A stretch of 64,000 nucleotides of DNA from Bugula neritina (lineage: Eukaryota; Animalia; Bryozoa). This document shows, piece by piece, positions 1 to 17,646 of the stretch (position 1 is the stretch's first letter; the number at the start of each line of letters is the position of its first letter). Both the position numbers and the translations under genes were made by a program. The DNA is taken from positions 7,616,722 through 7,680,721 of the forward strand of contig OZ037766.1 of NCBI GenBank assembly GCA_964035545.1, read 5' to 3'. The notes beneath the pieces were generated by a model that ran no database searches, had not been told where the DNA came from, and saw nothing but the letters and a program-made list of their open reading frames with translations.

Positions 1-410
1 CAACTACAGCCGCACCGACTACAGCCGGGCCAACTACAGCCGCGCCAACTACAGCCGCACCAACTACAGTTGCACCAACTACAGCCGCACCAACTACAGC
101 CGCACCAACTACAGCCGCACCAACTACAGCCGCACCAACTACAGCTAAACCAACTACAGCCGCACCAACTACAGCCGCACCAACTACAACCGCACCAACT
201 ACAGCCGCACCAACTACAGCTAAACCCACTACAGTTACACCAACTACAGCTAAACCAACTACAGCCGGGCCAACTACAGCCGCGCCAACTACAGTCGCGC
301 CAACTACAGTTGCACCAACTACAGGTAAACCAACTACAGGTAAACCAACTACAGCTAAACCAACTTCAGCTAAACCAACTACAGCTAAACCAACTACAGT
401 TGCTCCAACA
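1..410 (+). repeat. 15-bp coding tandem repeat (CCAACTACAGCYRMA), [10 protein letters not shown]
   Basis: Directly visible 15-nt periodicity; the coding frame is the one that splices at 553. Confidence 0.95.
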
Positions 411-3400
411 AAGCCTCCTATTTCAACATCAACTACAGCAGTTGCAACAACAAGTCAAAAATTAATTTCAAAGCAGCCAAGCACAGCTAAGGCAGACCCT
501 ACATCAAAATATACTAAAACGACACCACCAATCAAGAATACCGTTACATTCAGGTAAGTGGTAGCAAGTTACTGCGTTAAATGATTGGGCTTTTCTTAAA
601 ACACTCTGTATTTTTCTTGGATAGAAAGGCTATGAATATTATGCCAAATAATTTTTTAAAAAAATTGTATGTGGCTGTGGGTCCAAGTTATCTAAACAGT
701 ACGAAAATGTAACCCAAAGCTTATCATCACTTAGATAAGATAACATTATATTCCATGCATTATATTGAATATATTCCAATGTATGTGAGAATTAACCAAA
801 TTTGTGATTGCAGTTTTTATAATTTCATCTGTCCAATGTTTACCACTGACACTAGGTATTAGTGTCTGTTGGAAACCCGAGTCATCACCAAACTATTCAT
901 ATAATCAGTGAGTAAATGTTCTAAGCAGTTGATCTTGGCAATATGCCAGGTTCATTTCAAGTAAAATATAAGAAAAAAAACTAACGCAAAGCTTACCTGT
1001 ACAATAGCAATAAACGTAACAAAAATCATTTGAAAGTGAAATTTCAAAATAATAAAACTTATTAGAAATCTTTAGAATTATTTTTCCAGGTGTTCTTGTC
1101 CAATATCAATCACGGACTCCATTACCAAGTCAGCTATCCCTGGAGCTCCAATTGTTCATCTTGACAAATCATCACATCTTGTGTTTGATATAGCTGCAAC
1201 TGAAGGTGCTTCGTGTGGCAGCAACAGCTTAAAGAGCCAGTGTCAGCATCTCTGTTATAATAATGGTAAGTTATACACATATCTGCTGGTTTTCATAGCA
1301 ATATAAAGAAATGAAATTCTAAAGAAAAAACGTCTAACAACCCTACATTGAATTCTGGGAGTCAGCAACTTCACATACTGTCATACTCATCCTTTTAGTA
1401 AACTTATAACTCACACAGGGTGTTGGTTGCTTATATAATTGTCAACTAGTAATTAACTAATTATCTATTGATCTGGCATTCATATAATATTATATGATAT
1501 AAAATTATGCCATACCATATAATGTTATGTGTCATACCATATAATATTAAATATCATACCATATAATACTATATAATGTTATATGACATATAAGCATAGC
1601 ATGTATAACTGAACACCTATGAATATTACTTTACAGCGTACAAATTCTATAGACTCTATGGACCCAACAAAGCCGTCAGTATAAATGGAGCGTACAGTTT
1701 ACTAGGTACGTCATATTATGTAGGCATTGTGTTTACTAAATAAAATGATGGCATAAATGTAGCTATCATCTAATAAAAAGTAGCATCACACCAATTTCAT
1801 TGTACCCCCATATGACTCGATGGTACCACTATAGATTTAACTATAGTGTAAGCTGTAATATATTAGTATGATTATTTACATCAAAAACATAGAATAATAA
1901 AGTGAATAATTGCGGTTATTTGTTCCCAATTCAAGTTTACATGTATTCTACATGCATCACATATAAATTACTCAAGCCTACTTATATCAGCAGCTAATAT
2001 ACGTACTACATTAGAATACGCAGTAAATTGGTAGCTAATAACATGGGAGTTGTATAGATTTCTGTTGAACCATTCAACAGACAATATGGTGTAGTTTGTT
2101 GCCCATGAGGTAGTAACAGATGTCCTGTAGAGCATAATATTTTGTCTTTTGCTATAAGACTTTATATGGTATATGACTACTTTAGGAGATAAGGTATGCC
2201 AGAATGCAGGTAAAGTATCTGGTGCCCTCACTGCTCATTATCAAATACTTGACTGCCCCAACTCAGACCTCTCGTACCCAGTATACACTCTAGACGATGA
2301 CTTCTACTGCTACAGTGGGGAGTTTTGCTCTCAAAACTTTCGCAGGTAAAACTCAAATAAATTGCTAGCTGGCTTCAGCTCTCTAACCTTATAAAAGAAT
2401 TGCAGTTTATAAGTTTGTAATTTTGCTATCATTTACAAACTTATGAAACAATTAAATTAGGGTTATTGTTTATAATGGCTTAGCTTTGATGATGCATATG
2501 GTTCTTGAAAACTTTTTTAACAATTTGTTTCATTCAATTAAAAACTAAGATATCTATTAAGCTGTTACTATTATAAGTATAATTCTACATCACAATGCAA
2601 TAACAGCCACCCACTTACTGACAGCTGTTGAATAGAATACAGAATAAGAATGCATGGACATCCTTAAATAACAGTAATCAGCTTATTTATGTGTAGTGTT
2701 TTACCATAAGAGTATTTATGAAAGTAGCATCTTTATAATTCCTCTGATAATGGGACTTCATGTGACAAAGTATTACAGGAAACATATAAAAATGTTCACT
2801 TAAATTATATACTTTACCTAACATCAAATTATAGCAGGATTTATTATTCAACTATTTTTATGAATATCTTATCTATAGTAATTGTTAGGATTTTGAATAA
2901 ATATATTATTTTAGGATATCATCTTTACCAGCACAATCAGCATATGATAGCTGCACAGAAATAGAGAAACAGTTCAGCTTGAATAAACGGTAAGCCAATG
3001 TACTAAGCAGAAACTATAGAAATAGGGGGGGAGGGGAATTACGTGGCTACAGATAAACATTTTATAATGAGTTTAGTTGATGAGTGCATAGACATATAAA
3101 TTTTATGTATGTCATACAGCACAAGTTACATGGGTGTGTTAGTGTGTGTGGTGTTGTTTAATTTGAGTATACAGCAGAATATATAAAAAGTATATAACAT
3201 AATCTCACAATTGACAGGTGCTCCTGTCTGCTGGGCGTCTCCAAATACAGAACATACGAACTAACTACAAGGATAACTCCTAAAAATGTGACAGGAAGCT
3301 GTTCGAAAGCTGTAGGAGAGTGCCAAGCTTACTGCCAGACTAAATGTAAGCAATTATAATAGCATTTTGATTTTGATTAAATTACAGGCATTAAGACAGC

Positions 3401-5841
3401 ACTGCTTTTAAAGCAAGCAATTTGTTTCTGGCAAAAGTTTGCATAAATTGATGTCCATAGCAAACTTTTCAAAAAATGTGCTCGTTTATGCATAAATATA
3501 TTATTTAAAGTCTTCTCGGTCAATCAGCAATCAGCACATCAATCTGAAAAATGTGTGATTATTCAAATGTTTTCGAATATACAAAACATACTGTGTTTGA
3601 AGCGTTACTGGTTTTCTAAAAATACGGACGACATGAAATCTACAGCCATGTTTTTCAGAGAAACATCCCAATGTGGACAGGCCTCGATTGCTAATGTTTT
3701 GTCTACATTGATATCACCCAGCACATTTTTTCGTTATAAAATGAATACGGATCTATATAATTTATATGAAAGCAGATCTCCGGTAAATGCCTGTCACATT
3801 CATAAAGTTCAATCATATTTTATTCTGCTCTGCCTTAAATGAACATGGAACAGCTTTCCTGTGGTTATGTACTATATAATTGTAGTACTACTTTTACATT
3901 TTTGTTGTTGTACTTTACATAGTGTATAATAATTAATGTCATAATATACAAAACTAACATCACTAATAATTACAAACACCTTTTTTCTCGATAACAACAT
4001 TCAAATTTATATAATTCCGATAGCATGTTAAATAGAAAAGATTGGCTTATATACACGGTGTAGATTTATTTATTCTTATATTAGATTATAACTATAATTA
4101 TTGATTACAAATTGCACATGTTGAAAACCGCAACTGATTGTTAAATATTTGGCACCGTTCTATGTAACTCACTAGATCTGAGTGTATTTTTTTATATGTA
4201 TTTTGTATATATTATGTTATTCCGTTATATACAATGCACATGGTTCTATTACAGTTGACACAACACACAACAGTACTGTTATAACATAAAACTGTTTTAT
4301 TCTATAAACTAAACCCTTTATATATAGGTGGTGTACAATCATACATTATTATAAAACAATATGACGGAATGTTACTTCCTGTTGCAATATCCTGTTGTTA
4401 CAAACCAGTAGTAAACAACAACAACAACAGCAACAACAAGTTGTGCAAGTGGGTAATTGTGACACAAACACTACATGTATGTTCTGTACAGCTGGGGCCT
4501 AAACCCCATAGCACTCAATCACATGACGTACTGTCAAGCACCTGAAGTGTCTCTCATTTACCGCACAGCCATGCTATCCATAGTAAGAGAGAGCTGAGTG
4601 GTAGACTCAGCTCTATTCACAAGGCAATATACTCTGATCCCTTAACATGTTGGTGTAGCATGCTTCGTAGTGATTCAGTGCTGTAAGAGTCAAACCCAAT
4701 CAGTCAACCTATAGGCTGAGTGCACATCCAACACTCCTTATGTATAACTAGTATTTGAGCTTCACAACTAGTGGTACCAGTTGATAGATTAGAGGCCATT
4801 GTGTAGTGCGGAACAGATAAAGTTTGGTGGTAAAGCCACAGCCATCATCTTTCATTAGTTAGCTTACCTAAGGAGGTACCTACCAAGCAGGCCTGTTCAA
4901 TTTAAGATAAACATAGAAGCCTAAATTGTTGAAAAATATCAGAAAGCTCAGTGTCTTATATTAAGGGTTTACCAAAATTATTATGCGATTTAATATTATT
5001 TTTATATATAATATGTGCAATTAACTTAATGTTAATCCCAGGTAACTAATAGAAAATTTTTTTTTTGACTTTTTTCAGCTTACAGTTTCAGTTATAGAGG
5101 TGGACTGACTAGCATAGCTGAAAGAGTTATGAAATCAGGAAAGTCTACACTAGTTTATGAGCAGATCAGTAAGTAGAAGACAACTCTGCATACATAGCTA
5201 CTGTAATACCAGATTTAAATAACTTTCTTGTATCAACATATTTAATTAAAGTAGTAGAGAATTGTCCTGACCTTCTGTGACTGAAGTAAGCGGATATGAT
5301 CTATAACTTCACTGCAAAGTACTAACATTAAATTTAAGGAAGATTGCTACTGTTAGAAATAAATTGTTGTATACATTTGCATATGAAATATGTGGAAATA
5401 TGACTGAAATATAATAAAACGTTTGGATGCAACACTGACTATAACTCTGGTATAGATTGGAAATAAATTTCCTTCTAATCTTACCAGTAAGTGAAAAAGA
5501 AAAGCTTTTTTATAGGCTTCCGATAAGAAATTAGACTTGAACGTATGGTACTTAATTTTATCAGTTATTCTAAGAAGATCAATTTAAGGCACCATCACAG
5601 AGGATTTGGAACTTTGGCATAAAGCCAAAGGCTCAATATATATAGACTAAATTCACCTCTTTAGCGTTGTGTTGTAGATGACTTGGTATGTGAACAGCTG
5701 CATTTAAGAAGTGCTAGCAGTGTCACGAGCTCTGTATACAGCCAAGTTGAGGGGTGCATAACTTCAACCCTGACAGGAACTGCCAATAGCAAAGCTGTCA
5801 CATTGGTGAAACAACTCCGATACACAACGCTCTGCCCATAG
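1..5841 (+). CDS. Mucin-like protein A (5'-truncated): [10 protein letters not shown] repeat followed by two Cys-rich domains
   Basis: Phase-consistent GT-AG exons at about <1-553, 863-907, 1090-1265, 1637-1705, 2186-2345, 2915-2989, 3218-3345, 5079-5168 and 5678-5841 (stop TAG 5839-5841). Translations include [10 protein letters not shown]...[17 protein letters not shown]...[16 protein letters not shown]...CQAYCQTK and DLVCEQL...VEGC...LCP*. Exon-by-exon homologous to the gene at 6719-12916. Confidence 0.85.
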
Positions 5842-6718
5842 GTTATTGATGAAATGTTATGCCATCTCACCCGTGAAGTTTAGGCTACATGTTTATAAGT
5901 TAAATTAATTAAAGATGCATATGATGCAATAAGAAATAAAGGCTGCTAATCCACTAACTAAATTTTGAATGTTGACAAATAATTTAGTCATCAGAAACTG
6001 CATTGAATGCAGATTAATTTGTTTGGCCTTATGTTTTACCTTAATTGACTCTTTAAGATATCTGATTCCTTGTTTCTTTTTCTATTCAACAATAAATCAT
6101 TACAATCTATTTAAAAAAAAAATGTCATATATACTTTATCACTTAGATGCTTGAGCGCTGTATAGTAATGTGTCACCAGTTTTTCCCTTAATGTAATGAA
6201 AAAAAATTGTAGCTATTAGCTTAAGTAAAAAACCATAGAAACATGATAATCCAAAAGAATTTTTGTATTTGGTATTTTATTTTTAAAAATATTTTCAAAT
6301 CAATTTTTGTTTAACTCAACTAAACCAAAGCATTAAGCACTCATTGCTTAATTGAATTACTAAACTACAAACTACTTTGCATGAAATGAAAGACAAATTT
6401 CCAATTTTGGCTTTTTAAAATGAAAAAAATTCAAACCAATCAACTTTAAACATTAACTTAGCCATAGCATCAATTATGCATGTTACAACAAACTACAACA
6501 AATACCAATTTGATAGATGCACACAGTAATGCCTTGATGTGGCAAACTAAAACCTTTACAAAACTGTTATAGATTATTATTACATTATCTCTGGCCTTCT
6601 ATCTCTAGGCATGATTTTACTTTAGATAAAACTACACCTTTGACAGTAAGTTATCTGGATGGTTAGCACTAGCAGCACCCAAGAGAAAATAGCACGTTTA
6701 CAAGATTAAAAATATATA

Positions 6719-9700
6719 ATGGCTGTTGTAAAAGTGATAGTAGCAATAATTGTAGCTTTTGTGTATATGCCAAAGTTGCACGCAGAGGAGAATATGATAG
6801 GTGAGATCGTTATACTTTGATATTGCATAAAATTTATTATAACTTAATAATAAATGTGCACTAGGTGCTTTGAAAACTCCTTACGTAGCGGTTCAAAGTT
6901 ACAACTTTAATAAAATAGCTTTGGCATTTCTGTTTAATTGCTATATTATTATTACAGAGAGCTGATTAGGTACCTAAGTAATCATAATTATATATCAATA
7001 TTGATAATAGTATGATCGCATCATTATTATAATAAATTAGCTCAAGAAAAAAGAAAGCAGTTATTGAAGAAGTAACCTAGCATTTTATCTTTTATATTTG
7101 TTGAATATTTAAATCATTCTATTAAGCCTTTAGCTGTTATATGTATAACTTACTTACATATAAATGTTAACTGAATCCTAAATGCTTGCAAGGCGTTAAA
7201 GATGGACTATTGTGAAGATAAACATGTATTTTCTACAACGCTGAATATTATGATGATGGTTAGAGTCCTAAGCTGTATCAACACTCTTTTCTTGATTAAT
7301 TGCAATATATTGCAGTACTCATAATGGGAAATTTTGCCATTAGGTAAAATATTTTTAGTATTAAGTGAATAAGCTTTATTGAACATATAACATGTTACTA
7401 GGTTGAGTAGCGAAGAGAGAGTGACTAACAGTACATACATAAAGCAACAGTTTTTTATTTGAAAGCTTTACATGGCTTTTTTTTTTAAAGCCTGTATAGC
7501 AACCATGCCATAATACAACAAACTTTGTCATTAAGTAATATTCAGGCATATTATGATTATGATTGCTGTTATACATTACAGTGGAAGTATTACAAAACTG
7601 TGGCACAATTATTCCATTAAATTCAAATTCGAATGGCTACCTAATAGTCAAAGACGATGGAACTAAAGCTTTAGCCTGTGAAATGGGAATTAAATGCTCT
7701 GTGGAGAGTGTGATTTCAGCAAGATTTATGGTAAGTCAGGCTATACAGTCACTGCACCTGTGAAAGCATGTTTAAACTAAAGCTAAAAAAGTCAAAAATT
7801 TAATCTGTGTTTGTGAAAATTTGCTATGAGAATAAACTGCTTTTAGGAAATAAGTTTCTTATCGTGTGACCAATCAAGTTTAGAGCTTATTTCCATTTTG
7901 GGACCATCTGTGAAAGACCAATACTCCGTGTTTGAATCAACGCCATTTTTCTGTGGGAAAAAGATGTCAGATTTGGTAGACTTTGATCAGTATGGAGAGA
8001 GACAGTGGAATATCTCACATAGCACAATTCCAAAAGGCGAACCTAGCTACGCCATCTTTGCTTTTTCTGTCCGTAAGATAAGCTAGAAAATTAGTTATAA
8101 AATATGCAATCAGAATACAACACAATATTTTTAATTTTCACTAATGACACAAATGGAATCTGTTGAATTATATTTCTTAGATGAACCAAACTCACCTGCA
8201 CAGTTTCCTACTGGTGAAATCCCAACAGCTTCTTTCACAACAACTTCTGAAACTTCAAACCAACCTACACCAACCACAGCTAAACCAACTACAGCTAAGC
8301 CAACTACAGCTGCCCTAACTACAGCTAAACCAACAACAGCTAAACCAACTACAGCTAGACCAACTACAGCTAAACCAACTACAGCTAAACCAACTACAGC
8401 TAAACCAACTACAGCTGCCCTAACTACAGCTAAACCAACAACAGCTAAACCAACAACAGCTAAACCAGCTACGGCTAAGCCATCTAAAGCTGAACCTACT
8501 ACAGCCACACGAACAACAGCTGCTCCAACTACAGGTAAATCAACTACAGCTAAACCAACTACAGCTAAACCAACTACAGCTAAACCAACTACAGCTAAAC
8601 CAACTACAGCTAAACCAACTACAGCTAAACCAACTACAGCTAAACCAACTACAGCTAAACCAACTACAGCCGCACTAACTACAGCTGCTCCAACTACAGC
8701 TAAACCAACTACAGCTAAACCAACTACAGCTAAACCCACTACAGTTACACCAACAACAGCTGCTCCAACTACAGCTAAACCAACTACAGATAAACCAGCT
8801 ACAGCTAAACCAACTACAGCTAAACCAACTACAGCTAAACCAACTACAGCTAAACCAACTACAGCTAAACCAACTACCGATGCACCAGCTACAGTTACAC
8901 CTAATACAGCTAGACCAACTACAGCTAAACTAACTACAGCTAAACCAACTACAGCTAAACCAACTACAGCTAGACCAACTACAGCTAAACCAACTACCGA
9001 TGCACCAGCTACAGTTACACTTACTACAGCTAGACCAACTACAGCTAAACCCGCCACAGCTAAACCAACCACTGCTAAACCAACTACAGCTAAACCAACT
9101 GCAGCTAAACCAACTGCAGCTAAACCAACTGCAGCTAAACCAACTGCAGCTAAACCAACTACCGATGCACCAGCTACAGTTACACTTACTACAGCTAGAC
9201 CAACTACAGCTAAACCCGCCACAGCTAAACCAACCACTGCTAAACCAACTACAGCTAAACCAACTGCAGCTAAACCAACTGCAGCTAAACCAACTGCAGC
9301 TAAACCAACTGCAGCTAAACCAACTGCAGCTAAACCAACTGCAGCTAAACCAACTGCAGCTAAACCAACTGCAGCTAAACCAACTGCAGCTAAACCAACT
9401 GCAGCTAAACCAACTACAGCTAAACCAACTACAGCTAAACCCACCACAGCTAAACCAACTACAGCTAAACCAACTACAGCTAAACCAACTACAGCTAAAC
9501 CAACCACAGCTAAACCAATCCCAGCCACACCAACCGCAGCCACACCAACCGCAGCCACACCAACCGCAGCCACACCAACCGCAGCCACACCAACCGTAGC
9601 CATACCAACTACAGCCACACCAGCTGCAGCCACACCAACCGCAGCCACACCAGCCGCAGCCACACCAACCACAGCCACACCAACCTCAGCCACATCAACC

Positions 9701-12700
9701 ACAGCTCTACTAAAAACTAGTAAGCAAAATGCATTGCTTTACACCACTGCTAAAATTCACATATATAATATGTATCCTATAGTATAGTTGTATGTGCATA
9801 TAATATAAAAATAATTTTTTATGCAATTGCATGAAAAATTAAAAAGACAGTGATTCAAGTAAAGCTCTCCTACAGATCTTATTTAAATTAAAATTTTTTT
9901 TACTAATATTGCAAGAATAAGCATTTTTATGAATCAAAATATCTATTATAAGTAAACTGCTAAGAAATTAGAGTAGCATTATTGCTTATGTAGGTAAAAC
10001 TAATGACATGACTTCTCATCTCACGACTCTTTACGAGCAGTTCAACTCGACAAATAATAAGGAGGATTTCACAACACCAGACAAACAGGGGCCAACAACT
10101 ACTAAGTCATATGGAACATCTACAATACCTGCTACAGCTCAACATGAAATGAAGACATTTAAGCAATTCAGGTAAGCTGTACACCTGCATAGCTTACATC
10201 CATGCACTTTTTGAAAAAAATTTTTTATACATTTAAAAATAAGAAGTTGATGGCATAATATATATTATTTATTCACTTGAGTTGTAAAATAAACTGCAAT
10301 TTTTAAACAACCGTTGTAGCTGTACAAATAGAAAATTATTTTTAATAAATCACTTCATCCTAATTTTGGTGTGAATTTTAGTAGTTTTATAAAAAACAAC
10401 TTTCTCAGGTAATAATTATTGTTTTGTTTTTTCAATATTATACACCACCTGCTCAAAATTAGCAATAAGGATGCTGACCTTCTTTAACAAATGTAATTTT
10501 CCTTTGCCCTAAATTTATTATACACATTTTTTATCTATAGTGTAACAATGAACATAAAATCCCAAGGATAGTTGCTAAGAATACTGTTCTGATAGGTGTG
10601 CCTGCCCACTGACTATAACGGATGAGTACGCTAAAACAAGGAAGCGTGGATCTCCAGTGGTGTATCTTGAAGAAAATTCTCATCTATTATTTAATATTTC
10701 TACTGGCTCGAATGTTACTTGCGACGATGCAATGCTGGAAAACCAATGTGTGCAGATGTGTCATGACAATGGTAAAATCTCTCTGTATGATTACTTAGCT
10801 GCCAAGTCTCTGCTATAGTTCATGCCTTTGTTTGACCCATTTTGAAAACTTGGCTAAATTGCTAGCATTCACCGGATGACGTATAAAATATTAGACTTGG
10901 GTTTATAGTTTATAGGTTCTACAGATTGAATGGGCCCAATAAGCTAATCACAGTTGGCGGAGAGCCATGGCTTTTAGGTATGTGCCACCTTCATGTTATT
11001 CATTACTCTAAGTTTCAAGTGTTGACAGTATTAGATCACAAGCTACACTAGATAGTATCACATAGTAGTGGTAGTAGTACATGGTAGTGCAGGTAGATGC
11101 AACACCACCTTTCTTATACAAATGATTTTGACTAGTTTTCAGGCTTATTTGATCCTTTAATTAAGCAAAACTATGTGCTATACGAGGTTGTGCTACATGC
11201 GTTTAATATTCAGTAAAAGTTTGTAAAAGTAAAAAACTGGCACATCTTATTGTATGAGAATTCCTCGCACTTACTTACTTCTAAATTATAGGTGATTACA
11301 TATGTCAGTTTACATCAAAGATGGATGGAGCCCTCACAGCTCATTCTCACTTGAAAGACTGCCCTGCCTCTTCTGTCTCCCCACCTGTCTTTACTGTTGA
11401 CCCGGAATTCTTTTGTTACCATGGAGATTATTGCTCAAGAAACTACAGGAGGTGATGCTTGATTATTTAATTTATCTTTTTGTATCTTATATTGTGAGTG
11501 GCTGAATTGATATATATTGAGTTTTTAGATTGACTTAATAATATGAGCAAATATTTATATTGTTTTTTCTTGAAGGCTAGTTTGATTTTTTTCCTAAAAC
11601 AGCCACTCATCAAATGTCCAACATTAAAAGTGGTAAGCAATAAATTTTTGATCGAATACAGCATATAACTTATAAGTTGTATTTATATATAGCAATACAC
11701 ATATTATTGACTTCACTTAATGTGATGAATTATAAAACTAGTGCATATTTTTCAGACAAGCCCCAATGCCATTTCGGTCACAATCTAAAAGCTGTACAAA
11801 TGTGAAAGGTCAATTCAATCAAGAAAAAAAGTAAGTAGCATTTTCTTGATGAGTGTTTTATTATAGATGGCTGCCCATGTCTAACAGCAATGAATAGCAG
11901 TGTAGCTACTGTATGATTAAGTTGACAGTTGAATTGTCTTTGTGATACCTTGACAGGTGTAGCTGCCTCATTGGCACTTCTACAAACCAAACAGTTGAGC
12001 TACAGACTACCATTACTCCAAGGAATTTGACTGGAGATTGTTTAAAAGTTGTGAGTGAATGTCACCAGTATTGTCTGGCACGTGGTAAGTTTTCTTGAAT
12101 CCATTTTGATGTAGCAGTTTTTTCTCGGACTGTTAAAAAACAGAAATAAGAAAGCTATAACTTCAAATCAACTTTTGTAGTTTACAATTTCAATGGCTTC
12201 ATGCAGCTTATTAACTGCAAAAAAGCTCACTAGTTGGCATGTATAATATTAATTATTTGGAAAAAAGCTTATACATGGGTAGCAACTTCTTTATTCAATT
12301 AGAAAATAGAATCAAGGTGCCAGTAATAGCAACTTTATTATGCATTTATTATATGTATGTATTTGTTAAGGTGCTGTGTTTTGCTAGGTGCCTACATTCA
12401 TTTCCGAGGTGGTATAACCAAAATTGTTGAGGAAGTGTGGAAGTCAGGGCAGCCAAACTTTATGAACCTACGTATAAGTCAGTTTTGTTACATATCCCAA
12501 TTATTTGCATTATATATTATTACATTTTGCAATTTGAAATGCATATACTCATTTACAGTAAATAACTTCATCATATGATTTGCATAAACTAGCTACAGCA
12601 CACAATTTAGGTAAGAAAAATTTCAAATCTGCAGTCTTGTAGAGTATTAAGCTGGTACATGCTACAGCGTGCTTGATTATAGTTATGTAAAGCATTGTCT

Positions 12701-12916
12701 GATTTCGATCACTCTTTGCAAACAGTTTAATAGGTTACGCTGTGTATTATAGATGACATGCTATGTGAAAGACTGAGCCTTCCCAGTGATACCTTAGTGA
12801 CAAGTTCCCTGTACAGCCAAGTTGAAAGCTGCATAAATCCTTATACTGAAAGTGATGCAGCCAGTAAATATACAAGCCTCGTATATCCGTTACGACATAA
12901 TACAAGATGCAAGTGA
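6719..12916 (+). CDS. Secreted mucin-like protein B: signal peptide, CUB-like domain, ~480-aa [15 protein letters not shown] repeat, two Cys-rich domains
   Basis: ATG 6719 gives [22 protein letters not shown] (hydrophobic signal). Exons at about 6719-6800, 7582-7730, 7847-8072, 8181-9719, 9994-10171, 10596-10771, 10909-10977, 11292-11451, 11756-11830, 11957-12084, 12388-12471 and 12752-12916 (TGA 12914-12916); phases are consistent. The CUB-like call rests on the CGTII...C...SCDQSSL...FCG pattern. Confidence 0.87.
8270..9700 (+). repeat. 15-bp coding tandem repeat (ACAGCTAAACCAACT) with 165-bp higher-order duplication
   Basis: Visible periodicity. The ACCGATGCA (TDA) landmark occurs at 8996 and 9161, 165 bp apart, with identical following sequence. 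The unit drifts PTTAK to PTAAK to PTAAT. Confidence 0.95.
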
Positions 12917-13235
12917 TCTTTGCCAATTTAGCTTTTGCCATCCTTGATTGTTAAAAGGTTACAAGTATTGGTGATTATAAGAGGTGCAATGATTATTAGT
13001 CTTTGATTTCGAGGCCTCAAAGACCACAGAATACTCTGGTGTGATTTTAAAGAAACATATTTTAATCATATGCAAGAAAATATGAGCAAATTTAATGAAT
13101 ATTGTGGGTATTGGCCAGTCTAAATTTTAAAATATAAACACAAGTATGTAAGTAAATACAAACACACTTTTATTATAAACAAAATACAATTTATATAAAA
13201 CTATGTACATACTCATATCCTTATTAATTATTACA

Positions 13236-17192
<3,957 letters not shown>

Positions 17193-17646
17193 GTTGTTGG
17201 TTTATAATTGTCAGCTTCCAGTCTGCTTGATAACAGAGGTTGCACCTGAAACACAACTCTTCACATAAAATAAACTATTAAATGTTAATTGATAATGTGA
17301 ATAGAAATACCCAAGTTTAGGCATACAAGAAAAAAGAAGTAGTGCTGAAATAATGTATATAAACACACACACACTTGATAAGATATACATTATATATAAA
17401 GTTATAGGCTTACACTAATAATAAAACATATATTTTCAGTTATTTATTATCTTAAACCTAAATTTGACCGATTTGCAGATGAGTCACATAGGATAACAGA
17501 TTCATCGCATAAAAAACAATCAGATAATATACTGTAATGATTGCATGCTTGAGGTATATTTGATATTACTAATTGATATTATTATAATTCAGTCAGTTCA
17601 AATGTGACAGTGAATGTAAATTTTATGCGAACAGTATGAGTGATTG

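Noticed and set aside
70-465. [10 protein letters not shown] ORFs (also 9000-9599)
   Set aside because: Alternative frames of the PTT repeat; they do not splice in phase to the conserved exons.
3400-5000. Possible transposon remnants in the long gene A intron
   Set aside because: Composition shifts are visible, but I could not identify TIRs, TSDs or coding motifs.
8131-9702. 523-aa minus-strand ORF (VGLAV repeats)
   Set aside because: Antisense shadow of the stop-free 15-bp repeat; the plus frame has splice sites, a signal peptide and a paralog.
10541-10595. Gene B counterpart of gene A's small Cys exon (863-907)
   Set aside because: Using the 10541 acceptor gives an in-frame stop or a frameshift; direct splicing to 10596 keeps the frame.
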